Below, piece after piece: positions 38,692 through 47,560 of a stretch of DNA of 64,000 nt (the stretch's first letter is position 1; the number at the start of each line of letters is the position of its first letter). Below the pieces are notes generated by a model. That model was not told where the DNA came from, searched no databases, and was given only the letters and a program-made list of their open reading frames with translations. Source of the stretch: Candidatus Latescibacterota bacterium (lineage in GTDB: Bacteria; Krumholzibacteriota; Krumholzibacteriia; G020349025); NCBI GenBank assembly GCA_020349025.1, contig CP070763.1, forward strand, positions 1,158,753-1,222,752, written 5' to 3'. Position numbers and translations under genes: made by a program.

Positions 38692-38700
38692 TGCTAGACT
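38692..38700 (+). promoter_or_regulatory. Extended -10 element (TGCTAGACT) 7 nt before the asnB ATG
   Basis: No SD before the ATG; spacing fits a leaderless transcript. Confidence 0.5.
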
Positions 38701-38707
38701 GACTCGG

Positions 38708-40585
38708 ATGTGCGGAATCTGCGGTATCTTCAACTACGGCCGTGACGAGCCCGTCTCGCGCAGCATCGTCGAGACGATGGCGGCGAGCATCCGCCACCGG
38801 GGCCCCGACGACGAAGGCTTTCATGTGCAAGGGCGCGTCGGGCTCGGTTTCCGCCGGCTCTCCATCATCGACCTCGAAACCGGCAACCAACCGATCCCGA
38901 ACGAGGATGAGAGCCGCTGGGTCGTCTTCAACGGCGAGATCTACAACTATCGCGAGCTGCGGCGTGAGCTGGAAACGGCGGGCCACCGGTTCCGCACCCG
39001 TTCCGACACCGAGACGATCGTGCACGGCCACGAGGAGTGGGGCGACGACGTCACCACGCGGCTGAACGGGATCTTCGGTCTGGCGCTTTGGGACGCGGGT
39101 GAGCAGCGGCTTCTCCTGGCTCGAGACCACCTCGGCGTCAAGCCGCTCTACTTCCACGATGATGGTCGACGGCTGCTCTTCGGCTCCGAGATCAAGGCGA
39201 TCCTCCAGGATCCGAGCGTGCCGCGTGAGCTCGATCACGAGGCCCTGGCCATCTTCCTCTCCTTCGGATACGTCCCCTCGCCGCGCACGCTCCTGAAGGG
39301 GATTCGCAAAGTGCCACCGGGGCACCGGCTGGCGGTGGACGCCCGAGGGGCGCGCCTCGAACGCTACTGGCGCACGCTTCCGGACATCCAGGAGATCCCG
39401 GAGAAGGAGGCGGTGGAGGAGTACGCGCGCCGTTTTCGACGCGCGGTCGAGCGACAGATGATGAGCGACGTGCCGCTCGGGAGCCTGCTCTCGGGTGGCG
39501 TCGACTCCGCCATGGTGACCGCAGTGATGCGCGAGCTTTCGGAGCAGCCGGTGATGACCTTCTCGGTGGGCTTCGAGGAGGAGGGAGAGTGGAACGAGGT
39601 CGAAGAGGCGGCGGAAACAGCGCGCATCCTCGGCACCGAGCACCACGATCTGCGGATCAGCGCGCGACACTACGTCGACTTCTTCGCGGAGTCGCTCTGG
39701 CACCTCGAGGAGCCGGTTCTCTCGCAGAGCACCTTCGCTTTCTACTATTTGTCCAAGCTGGCGCGAGAGCAGGTCAAGGTGGTTCTGACCGGCCAGGGTG
39801 CCGACGAGCCGCTCGCTGGCTACGACCGCTACCGTGGCGAAAAGCTTGCGGGCCGATTGGGTTGGCTTGCGGGCAGCGCGATGTCGCAGCGCATCGTCTC
39901 GGCGCTGCCGCGCTCGGAAAAGCTGCGCCGGGCGGCCGGGTCTCTCGGCGAACGCGACCCGTTGCAGCGCTTTGCATCGATTCATGCGCTGTTCCAGCAG
40001 GCGGACTTCCCGCGCATGCTGCAAGCGGAAACCGCGGCGCGCCTCGCCCGCATCGACGTCACGGCCCCCATTGCGGCATGGCAACGGGACGTCACACATC
40101 TCGACGGCCTGTCGCAGCTGCTCTACGTCGACACGCGCATGTCGCTACCGGACGACCTGCTCTTCTACGGTGACAAGTTGGCCATGGCGAACTCCCTGGA
40201 AGCGCGCGTCCCGATCCTCGACTACGAGCTGGTCGAGTTCATCGAATCGTTGCCGCCCGGGCTCAAGCTGCGTGGCCTCACGGCCAAGTACGTGCACAAG
40301 CTCGCTGCGGAGCGTTGGCTGCCGCAACAGATCATCCGGCGACGCAAGAAGGGATTCGCCACACCCGTGGATGACTGGTTCCAGAGCTCGCTGGATGGCT
40401 TCGTGCGCGAGACGTTGTTGTCGGATCAATCGATCTGTCGCGAGCTCTTCGACGCCGAATTCGTGGAGGGGATGCTGCGCGAGCATCGCGAACGCCGGCG
40501 CGATCATCGCCGCCGCATCTTCGCGCTCTTGAGCTTCGAGCTGTGGCACCGACGGTTCCTCCAATCCCCGGTGACGGTCACCTGA
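38708..40585 (+). CDS. asnB: Glutamine-hydrolysing asparagine synthase-family amidotransferase
   Basis: N-terminal 'MCGICG', 'HRGPDDEG', 'FNGEIYNY', 'LSGGVDS', 'LTGQGADE', 'RRRKKGF'. Confidence 0.92.
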   Translation: MCGICGIFNYGRDEPVSRSIVETMAASIRHRGPDDEGFHVQGRVGLGFRRLSIIDLETGNQPIPNEDESRWVVFNGEIYNYRELRRELETAGHRFRTRSDTETIVHGHEEWGDDVTTRLNGIFGLALWDAGEQRLLLARDHLGVKPLYFHDDGRRLLFGSEIKAILQDPSVPRELDHEALAIFLSFGYVPSPRTLLKGIRKVPPGHRLAVDARGARLERYWRTLPDIQEIPEKEAVEEYARRFRRAVERQMMSDVPLGSLLSGGVDSAMVTAVMRELSEQPVMTFSVGFEEEGEWNEVEEAAETARILGTEHHDLRISARHYVDFFAESLWHLEEPVLSQSTFAFYYLSKLAREQVKVVLTGQGADEPLAGYDRYRGEKLAGRLGWLAGSAMSQRIVSALPRSEKLRRAAGSLGERDPLQRFASIHALFQQADFPRMLQAETAARLARIDVTAPIAAWQRDVTHLDGLSQLLYVDTRMSLPDDLLFYGDKLAMANSLEARVPILDYELVEFIESLPPGLKLRGLTAKYVHKLAAERWLPQQIIRRRKKGFATPVDDWFQSSLDGFVRETLLSDQSICRELFDAEFVEGMLREHRERRRDHRRRIFALLSFELWHRRFLQSPVTVT

Positions 40586-40604
40586 GCCTCGAGAAAGGGA
40601 AGTC

Positions 40605-41915
40605 GTGAAGGTCGCTCTCTTCGGTCTCGGCTACGTGGGCTGCGTCAGCGCCGGCTGTTTCGCGCGCGCGGGTCACGACGTGTATGGCGTCGACGTCAAC
40701 CCGGTGAAGGTCGAGATCTTGAGATCCGGAAAGAGCCCGATCGTCGAGAAGGATGTCGGCGAGCTCATCGCCGCTGCGGTCGAAGCAGGCCGCCTGCACG
40801 CCACCACCTCCGCTTCCGAGGCCGTCCACGCCACGCAGGTCTCTTTGATCTGCGTCGGAACGCCGAGCCACCCCAACGGAAGCCTCGATCTGCGCTACAT
40901 CTACAGGGTGGCGGAGGAGATCGGCGCCGCCCTGCGCCACCGTGACGCCTACCATGTCGTTGTCATTCGCAGCACCGTCATGCCCGGCACGGCGGCCGAG
41001 GTCGCGCGTATCCTCGAGACGCAGACGGGCAGGAAACAGGGAGAGGGTTTCGGCGTCGTCGTCAATCCGGAGTTCTTGCGTGAAGGCAGCGCGGTGTCCG
41101 ATTTCGTCGAGCCACCCTTCACGCTTCTGGGCGGCGAGCATGAGCGTGCCCTCGACGTCGTTGCCCAGCTCTATGCCGACGTCGACGCCCCGATCGTCCG
41201 GGCTGAGACGCGTGTGGCCGAGATGGTCAAGTATGCCAACAACGTTTATCACGCCGCGAAGATCACGTTTGCCAACGAAGTCGGCAACGTCTGCAAGGCG
41301 CTCGGCATCGACAGCCACAAGGTGATGGAGATCTTCTGCATGGACGAGAAGCTCAACGTTTCCGCGGCGTACCTGAAGCCGGGCTTCGCGTTTGGCGGCT
41401 CCTGCCTGCCCAAGGATCTGCGCGCACTCACGTTCCGCGCCAAAGACCTCGACATTCCGGTTCCGATGCTCGAGAGCCTGATTGCGTCCAACGCCTTGCA
41501 GATCCGCCGCGTCGTGGACCAGCTGTTGCGCTGGAAGGCGCGCAAGCTCGGCTTCCTGGGTCTCTCCTTCAAGGGGGGCACCGACGATCTGCGCGAGAGC
41601 CCCATCGTCGAGGTCGTCGAGACGATGATCGGCAAGGGATACGACGTCCGCATCTACGATGCGAACGTGTCGCTGGCGCGTCTCTTTGGCGCCAACAAGG
41701 AGTACATCGAGAAGGAGATCCCGCACATCGAGCGGCTGATGTGCAAGACGATGGATGAGGTTCTGGAGCACGCGGATGTGATCGTCATCGGCAATCGCAG
41801 CAGCGAGTTCGCCGCTGCGCTCGGCAGGCTGCGCCCCGAGCAGCGGGCGCTCGATCTGGTGCGGCTTCTCGACGAGCCCCCCGAGTCGGAGCGCTACGAA
41901 GGGATCTGCTGGTGA
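40605..41915 (+). CDS. UDP-glucose/GDP-mannose dehydrogenase (AlgD-like)
   Basis: 'GLGYVG', 'CVGTPS', 'NPEFLREG', 'FGGSCLPKD', 'FKGGTDDLRESP'. Confidence 0.93.
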   Translation: MKVALFGLGYVGCVSAGCFARAGHDVYGVDVNPVKVEILRSGKSPIVEKDVGELIAAAVEAGRLHATTSASEAVHATQVSLICVGTPSHPNGSLDLRYIYRVAEEIGAALRHRDAYHVVVIRSTVMPGTAAEVARILETQTGRKQGEGFGVVVNPEFLREGSAVSDFVEPPFTLLGGEHERALDVVAQLYADVDAPIVRAETRVAEMVKYANNVYHAAKITFANEVGNVCKALGIDSHKVMEIFCMDEKLNVSAAYLKPGFAFGGSCLPKDLRALTFRAKDLDIPVPMLESLIASNALQIRRVVDQLLRWKARKLGFLGLSFKGGTDDLRESPIVEVVETMIGKGYDVRIYDANVSLARLFGANKEYIEKEIPHIERLMCKTMDEVLEHADVIVIGNRSSEFAAALGRLRPEQRALDLVRLLDEPPESERYEGICW

Positions 41916-42014
41916 AGCTCCAAAGCCTGAGCCCGGTCAGCGACGATCGCCGAACCCCAGAATCAGGAAGACACCCGGGCGCCCGATCTGCTGCAGGACA
42001 CACGCAGACTGCGA

Positions 42015-43511
42015 CTAACGGAAGCGGGACTTGAGTCGGCTGATGCTCTCGCCTTGCACGGGCGTCGAGCCCGAGTTCTCCATGATGAGCACGACGTCTT
42101 CGAGCTCGTCGACGAGCGCGAGATCGAGATCCCCATCGTTGTTGGCGTCGAAGAGGAGAGCGCAGGACGCCGCCTGCGGCGCGGCGAAGACACGCTCGAG
42201 CTTGTAGTTGCCGCTCCCACCGTTGAGGAACAGCTGCCAGCCGCCACCGAAGCTGGAGGTCATCCAATCGAGATCGCCGTCGCCGTCGAGATCTCCGAGG
42301 TCGGTGGCGAGCGGAAAGGTCTGCATGCGGAGGATGCTGGGCGCTTCGAGCGACCCGCTGCCGTCGCCGAGGAGAATCGCACCGGAGTCGGAAGAGCTGT
42401 TGACGACCGAGACGTCCTCATGACCATCGCCGTCGACGTCAGCGCAGACAAGCATCCAGACGGCGCCGCCGCAGCTCTGCAGCTCCAGGCTCACGAAGCT
42501 TCCGTCCCCCACGCCACGGTTCACGACCACGGCCTGCGATGCCTGCGCTCCCACCACCAGATCGAGGATGCCGTCGCCATCCATGTCGCTGGCCTCGAGG
42601 GCCCACTCGGCCTCCCCACCCCCTTCGAAGAACTGTGGTGCGAGGAACACTCCCTTGCCGTCGTTGAGGAGCAACGAGAGGTTGCTGCTTCCCGAGTTGC
42701 TGTTGACGATGTCGAGATCCCCGTCTCCGTCGGCGTCGAGCACCGTGATGCCGCGCGGCTGCAACCCCACGCGAATCTCCTGCTGCGGCGCGAAGGTGCC
42801 GTCGCCGTTGCCGAGAAGCACCGAGACGCTGTTGCTGCGGATGTTCGCTACGCAGACGTCCACGATCCCGTCGTGGTTGAAGTCGGCGGGCTCCGACGGG
42901 CTCGCCTGGGCGTTCACTTGCGCTGGGGGGCGGAGAAAATCGCCGAAGAGGCCATCGCCCGTCGCACTGTTGAGGAAGACACGCAGATCGGCTGTGTCTT
43001 CGTTGACGATCAGGATGTCGAGCCAGCGATCTGCGTTGAGATCGGAGGCGATGCCGCCGTAGGCGCGTGTGGAGAGCGTGGGCGAGTCGCGCGTCGCGAG
43101 GCGGTCGACCTCACGCAAGTCGAGCGCGGCGCGGGCGGCGCGCGTCCAGAAGCGGAAGCTGTATCCCGCTTGACGCAAGTTCGTTCCGTCAGCAGCGCGA
43201 AGATCGTGTGAGACGACGACGAGAACGCGCTCCCCCGCCGAGAGCGGCAGGCTCGGGGTGAGGCGCACGACGGAGTCGCCCCGCGCGAAGGAGATTGTGC
43301 CTTCGACGCGGCCGCTCCAGCGTCCGAAGGCCCACAAGGTGCGGTGCGGGACGACGCTGCTGCGATCCACGGCCCGGTCGAAGTGCAGCTCGATTGCTGC
43401 GTCGACGTTGGCGTCGAGCGCGTTGCCCTCGGGCACGCTGGCGACGACACGCAAACCCTGAGCCACGGCGGCGTCTGCCATCAAAAGAACGAGGCAGATG
43501 AAGAGACGCAT
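42015..43511 (-). CDS. Secreted Ig-like (Big_5/SbsA-like) plus FG-GAP repeat protein
   Basis: Signal peptide; N-terminal 'SVPEGNA....AAIELHFDRAVD'; about 7 'D.D.DG.LD' repeats; short basic C-terminal tail. Confidence 0.85.
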   Translation of the reverse strand: MRLFICLVLLMADAAVAQGLRVVASVPEGNALDANVDAAIELHFDRAVDRSSVVPHRTLWAFGRWSGRVEGTISFARGDSVVRLTPSLPLSAGERVLVVVSHDLRAADGTNLRQAGYSFRFWTRAARAALDLREVDRLATRDSPTLSTRAYGGIASDLNADRWLDILIVNEDTADLRVFLNSATGDGLFGDFLRPPAQVNAQASPSEPADFNHDGIVDVCVANIRSNSVSVLLGNGDGTFAPQQEIRVGLQPRGITVLDADGDGDLDIVNSNSGSSNLSLLLNDGKGVFLAPQFFEGGGEAEWALEASDMDGDGILDLVVGAQASQAVVVNRGVGDGSFVSLELQSCGGAVWMLVCADVDGDGHEDVSVVNSSSDSGAILLGDGSGSLEAPSILRMQTFPLATDLGDLDGDGDLDWMTSSFGGGWQLFLNGGSGNYKLERVFAAPQAASCALLFDANNDGDLDLALVDELEDVVLIMENSGSTPVQGESISRLKSRFR

Positions 43512-43520
43512 CCGGAGATT

Positions 43521-45911
43521 CTACACGACGACGTTGACCAGGCGGCCTCGCGCCACGATGACCTTGCGGGGCTCCTTGCCGGAGAGCGCCTTCTGCACCG
43601 CGGGATCCCGCAGCGCCTGGGCACGGAGATCCTCTTCGGAGGTGTCGGCCGCGGCCGTGAAGCGCCCTCGCACCTTGCCGTTCAGCTGCACGACCACCTC
43701 CACCTCCTCTTCACGTGCGAGCTCCTCGTCGTAGGTGGGCCAGCTCGTGCGGAAGACGCTGCCGGGGTGCCCGAGCATCTCCCAGAGCTCCTCCGCCATG
43801 AACGGCGCCAACGGCGCCAGCAGCTGCACGAGCGTCGTGGCGGAGCTGCGCGAGAGCTGCTTGGACAGGTTCATGAACTCCATGATCGCGGCCATCGACG
43901 TATTGAAGTGCAGATCCCCCTCGAAGGAGGCGGTGACCTTGCGGATGACCTGGTGCAGCTTGCGCTGCGCCGCTCGCGTGTCTTCGACGTCGCGTGCGTC
44001 GTGAACCCGGTCCCAGACGCGCTGGGCGAAGCGCTGCGCGCCCACGAGCCCCGTCTCCTTCCAACGGATCTCATCCTCGCTGGGCGCGAAGAAGAACATG
44101 GCGAGACGGCAGACGTCGACGCCCCACTGCGACATGATCGCGTTCGGGGAGACGACGTTGCCGGCCGACTTCGACATGAGCAGGCCTTGGGCGTCGTAGA
44201 CCATGCCGTGGTTGAAGAGGCGCTGGGTCGGCTCGTCGGTCGGAAGCCATCCCGCATCGTGCAGCACCTTGGTGATGAAACGGAAGTAGAGCAGGTGCAT
44301 GCAGGCATGCTCGGAGCCACCGATGTAGAGGTCGACGGGCAACCACGTCTTCGCCTTCTCCTTATCCCACGGTGCGGCCTCGTTCCTCGCATCGACGTAG
44401 CGGAAGTGGTACCACGACGAGCACACGAAGGTGTCCATCGTGTCCGGGTCGCGCTCGGCCGGAGCACCGCAGCGCGGACAGGTGGCCCGCATGAACTCGG
44501 GATTGTCGGCCAGGGGGGAGCGTCCTTCGGCGACGAACTGCGTCTGCTCGAGCGGCAGGCGTACGGGCAGCTCCGTTTCTGGAACGCCCTGCGGTCCGCA
44601 CTCGGCACAGTGGATGATCGGGATCGGGCAGCCCCAGTAGCGTTGGCGCGAAACGAGCCAGTCCTTCAGCCTGTAGTTCACCTTGGGACGGCCGAGCCCT
44701 TTTTGGGCCAGGTACTCGATGACGGCGGGGATGCCATCCGGCGTCGGGGTGCCGTCGAGCGCACCCGAGTTCACCATCGTCCCCTCGCCGACGTAGGCGT
44801 CCTCCATCGTCTCGGCTTCCAGCCCATTGCCGGGTGGTTGGATGACGACGCGAATCGGAATGCCGTATCTCTTCGCGAAAGCGAAGTCGCGCGTGTCGTG
44901 ACCGGGGACTCCCATGACGACGCCCGTGCCGTAGGTGGCGACGACGTAGTCCGCTACCCACAGCTGCACCTCTTCCCCGTTCAAGGGGTTCGTCACCGTG
45001 AGGCCGGTGAAGACGCCATCCTTCTCCCCCTCGGCGATGCGCTCCCACTCCTTCTTGCGCAACGCTTGCTGGATGTATGCAGCAACCTTTGGTTGCGTCT
45101 GCGCCACCTCGGCTGCGATCGGATGCTCCGGCGCAACCACCATGAAGGTGACACCCCACGTGGTGTCGGGGCGTGTGGTGAACACCGTCAGCTTCTGACC
45201 ACCGAAGTCGAAGTCGATCTCGCACCCCTCGGAGCGGCCGATCCAGTTGCGCTGCAGCAGCTTGATCGTCTCGGGCCAACCGTCGAGCCGGTCCAGATCG
45301 TCGAGCAGCCTGGCGGCGAAATCGCTGTAGCGGAAGAACCAGCAGTTCTCGATCTCCTTCTTGCCCACTTCGCTCTGGCAGCGCCAACACCTGCCGTCCT
45401 GGACGAGCTCGTTGGCGAGGATGCCGTCGTTGGGGCACCAGTTGACCAGGGATGGCGCGCGGTACGCCAGACCGCGCTCGTAGAGCAGCAGGAACAGCCA
45501 CTGCGTCCACTTGTAGTAGTCCGGCTCGCTGGTGACGACCTCACGCTCCCAGTCGTAGGAGAGCCCCATCCGTTGCAGCGTCTGGCGCCCGGTCGTGATG
45601 TTGCGAAGCGTCCACTCACGTGGATGCACGCCGTGCTTGATGGCGGCGTTCTCGGCCGGCAGACCGAACGAGTCCCACCCGAAGGCGTGGAGCACGTCGT
45701 ACCCCTGCATCAAGCGGAAGCGCGTGACCGCGTCGCCAATTCCGTAGTTGCGGAAGTGTCCGATGTGGATGTCGCCCGAGGGATAGGCGAACATCTCGAG
45801 CATGTAGTACTTCTTCCGCGGCTCCGGATGGGTGGCGAAGAGGTTCGCCTGCCGCCACTTGCGGTGCCCCTTCTCCTCGATGCTCTTGAAGTCGTACTTC
45901 GGCGTCGTCAT
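43521..45911 (-). CDS. leuS: Leucine--tRNA ligase
   Basis: 'EMFAYPSG.IHIGH', 'GWDSFGLPAENAA', 'DTMDTF..SSWY', 'YIGGSEHA..HLLY.RF', 'LMSKS', 'VVQLNGKVR'. Confidence 0.97.
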   Translation of the reverse strand: MTTPKYDFKSIEEKGHRKWRQANLFATHPEPRKKYYMLEMFAYPSGDIHIGHFRNYGIGDAVTRFRLMQGYDVLHAFGWDSFGLPAENAAIKHGVHPREWTLRNITTGRQTLQRMGLSYDWEREVVTSEPDYYKWTQWLFLLLYERGLAYRAPSLVNWCPNDGILANELVQDGRCWRCQSEVGKKEIENCWFFRYSDFAARLLDDLDRLDGWPETIKLLQRNWIGRSEGCEIDFDFGGQKLTVFTTRPDTTWGVTFMVVAPEHPIAAEVAQTQPKVAAYIQQALRKKEWERIAEGEKDGVFTGLTVTNPLNGEEVQLWVADYVVATYGTGVVMGVPGHDTRDFAFAKRYGIPIRVVIQPPGNGLEAETMEDAYVGEGTMVNSGALDGTPTPDGIPAVIEYLAQKGLGRPKVNYRLKDWLVSRQRYWGCPIPIIHCAECGPQGVPETELPVRLPLEQTQFVAEGRSPLADNPEFMRATCPRCGAPAERDPDTMDTFVCSSWYHFRYVDARNEAAPWDKEKAKTWLPVDLYIGGSEHACMHLLYFRFITKVLHDAGWLPTDEPTQRLFNHGMVYDAQGLLMSKSAGNVVSPNAIMSQWGVDVCRLAMFFFAPSEDEIRWKETGLVGAQRFAQRVWDRVHDARDVEDTRAAQRKLHQVIRKVTASFEGDLHFNTSMAAIMEFMNLSKQLSRSSATTLVQLLAPLAPFMAEELWEMLGHPGSVFRTSWPTYDEELAREEEVEVVVQLNGKVRGRFTAAADTSEEDLRAQALRDPAVQKALSGKEPRKVIVARGRLVNVVV

Positions 45912-45991
45912 GGGGGTGGTCTTATCAGAAGCCGCCGGCGGCGGTCAATGCCATGGGTGACTTCGCGTGCGCGCTCCCCTAATGTGGCGGC

Positions 45992-47560
45992 ATGCAGGTC
46001 GACGCCCACGCCTCCGTGCTCTCACGTCACCGCGACCTCGTCCTCGTCGTCGTCGCCGCTGCTGCACTCTTCAGCGCGAACATGCACCATCTGAGCCTGC
46101 CGCCGCTGGACGACTGCTTCTACGCGCGCAAGGGTGTCGAGATGGCGGAGCGCGGTGCCTCGTTCACCGTGACCTGGAACCAGCATCCGAACCATCAGAA
46201 TCCGCCGCTCCAGTTCTGGATTCTCGGGGCCAGCTTCACGCTCTTCGGGGAGAACGACTTCGCCGCGCGGCTCCCGAGCCTACTGATGGCACTCGGGATT
46301 CTCGTCATCACCTATCGCATCGGGCGGCACGTCCTGGAGCGGGAGGCGGCGGCGGCCGCGCTCGGTTTGCTCTGCCTCGCGCCGCTATTCGTGCAAAACG
46401 CGCGGCGCTGCATGCTGGAGGTTCCGAACAGCTTCTGGATCGCGCTCTGCTTCCTGGTGGCGCTCGAGTCGCGTCGGCACACTCGACTCGGCGTGCTCGT
46501 CGCCGTGCCGCTGGCAGCAGCCGGCCTCACCAAGAGCGTCCTGGGGTTGCTCCCGATTCCCGTGCTCGCGGCTTTCGCGCTGCACCGGGAGGGGCGCCGG
46601 CTCCTGGCCAACCCGTGGCTGCTTGCGGGGCTTTTTCTCGGAATTGCGGGGACGGCGACCTGGCCGCTGCATCAGGGGCTCACCGCGGGCTGGGGTGCGG
46701 TGCGCTCCCACTACGTCGGCGAGATTGGTGGCCGGGCACTCGAGCCCTTCTCCATCTGGGAGGCGCTCACCGAGTACCCGAAGGTGCTGCTGCGGGAGTT
46801 CCAACCGCTTGCGATTCCGGGAGTGATCGGTGCGCTCGTGGCGTTGCGCTGTGGCTGGCAGCGTGCCAACGGCGGTCGGGCTCTCCTCGGGATGTGGGTC
46901 GTGCTGCCCCTTGTGCTCTACAGCTTCGCGAGCACGCGGTCGGCACGCTACGCCTTTCCGATCTTCGTGCCGCTCGCGCTCCTCTCTGCTGGGCTTCTCG
47001 TGTCGTGGAGGCCGCGCGCCACGCGCATCGCGACGACGCGTGTCGTGCCGCTTCTGCTTCTGACCCTGGCGCTCCTCTTCTGGTTCAGCCCGAAGACGCT
47101 GTCGCGCGACCAGAACGCAGCCTTCAAACGCGCGGGCCGTGACATCGAGCGGCTCTTCCCGGCGGACACCGAGGTGCCGCTGCTCGGGAGCTTCACCTGG
47201 CGCTTGGCCAACCCGCTCCTCTACTACGGACATCGCGGTGTCGTGCCGCTCGGCGACGCAGTGGAATCGGTGCTCGAGATGGCGCGCGAGCTCCCGACGC
47301 CGGCGTTCATCGCGTCGCGCGCGAACCTGGAACGGGTCCGCTCGCAGGGGATCGAAGTGGAGGTGCTCTCGGAGCTCGGTCCCTGGCTCCTCCTGCGCCT
47401 CGAGGATCGGCAAATCCGAGAAGCTCAGCGGCGCTCCGCCGTGCGCCGCTCGTACTCCTTGCCGATCGCCACGCCGAGAACGATCCACATCAGCACGAGC
47501 ACGATGTTCACGACCGCGAAGCCTTGGGTGGAGAGCCGGAGCCAGTTCAGCCCCAGATAG
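45992..47560 (+). CDS. ArnT/PMT family (GT39-like) membrane glycosyltransferase
   Basis: 'DD.FYA....EM', 'NPPLQFW', 'ARLPS', 'LTKS', 'RYAFPIF'; the 3' end overlaps the convergent gene by 136 nt. Confidence 0.85.
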   Translation: MQVDAHASVLSRHRDLVLVVVAAAALFSANMHHLSLPPLDDCFYARKGVEMAERGASFTVTWNQHPNHQNPPLQFWILGASFTLFGENDFAARLPSLLMALGILVITYRIGRHVLEREAAAAALGLLCLAPLFVQNARRCMLEVPNSFWIALCFLVALESRRHTRLGVLVAVPLAAAGLTKSVLGLLPIPVLAAFALHREGRRLLANPWLLAGLFLGIAGTATWPLHQGLTAGWGAVRSHYVGEIGGRALEPFSIWEALTEYPKVLLREFQPLAIPGVIGALVALRCGWQRANGGRALLGMWVVLPLVLYSFASTRSARYAFPIFVPLALLSAGLLVSWRPRATRIATTRVVPLLLLTLALLFWFSPKTLSRDQNAAFKRAGRDIERLFPADTEVPLLGSFTWRLANPLLYYGHRGVVPLGDAVESVLEMARELPTPAFIASRANLERVRSQGIEVEVLSELGPWLLLRLEDRQIREAQRRSAVRRSYSLPIATPRTIHISTSTMFTTAKPWVESRSQFSPR

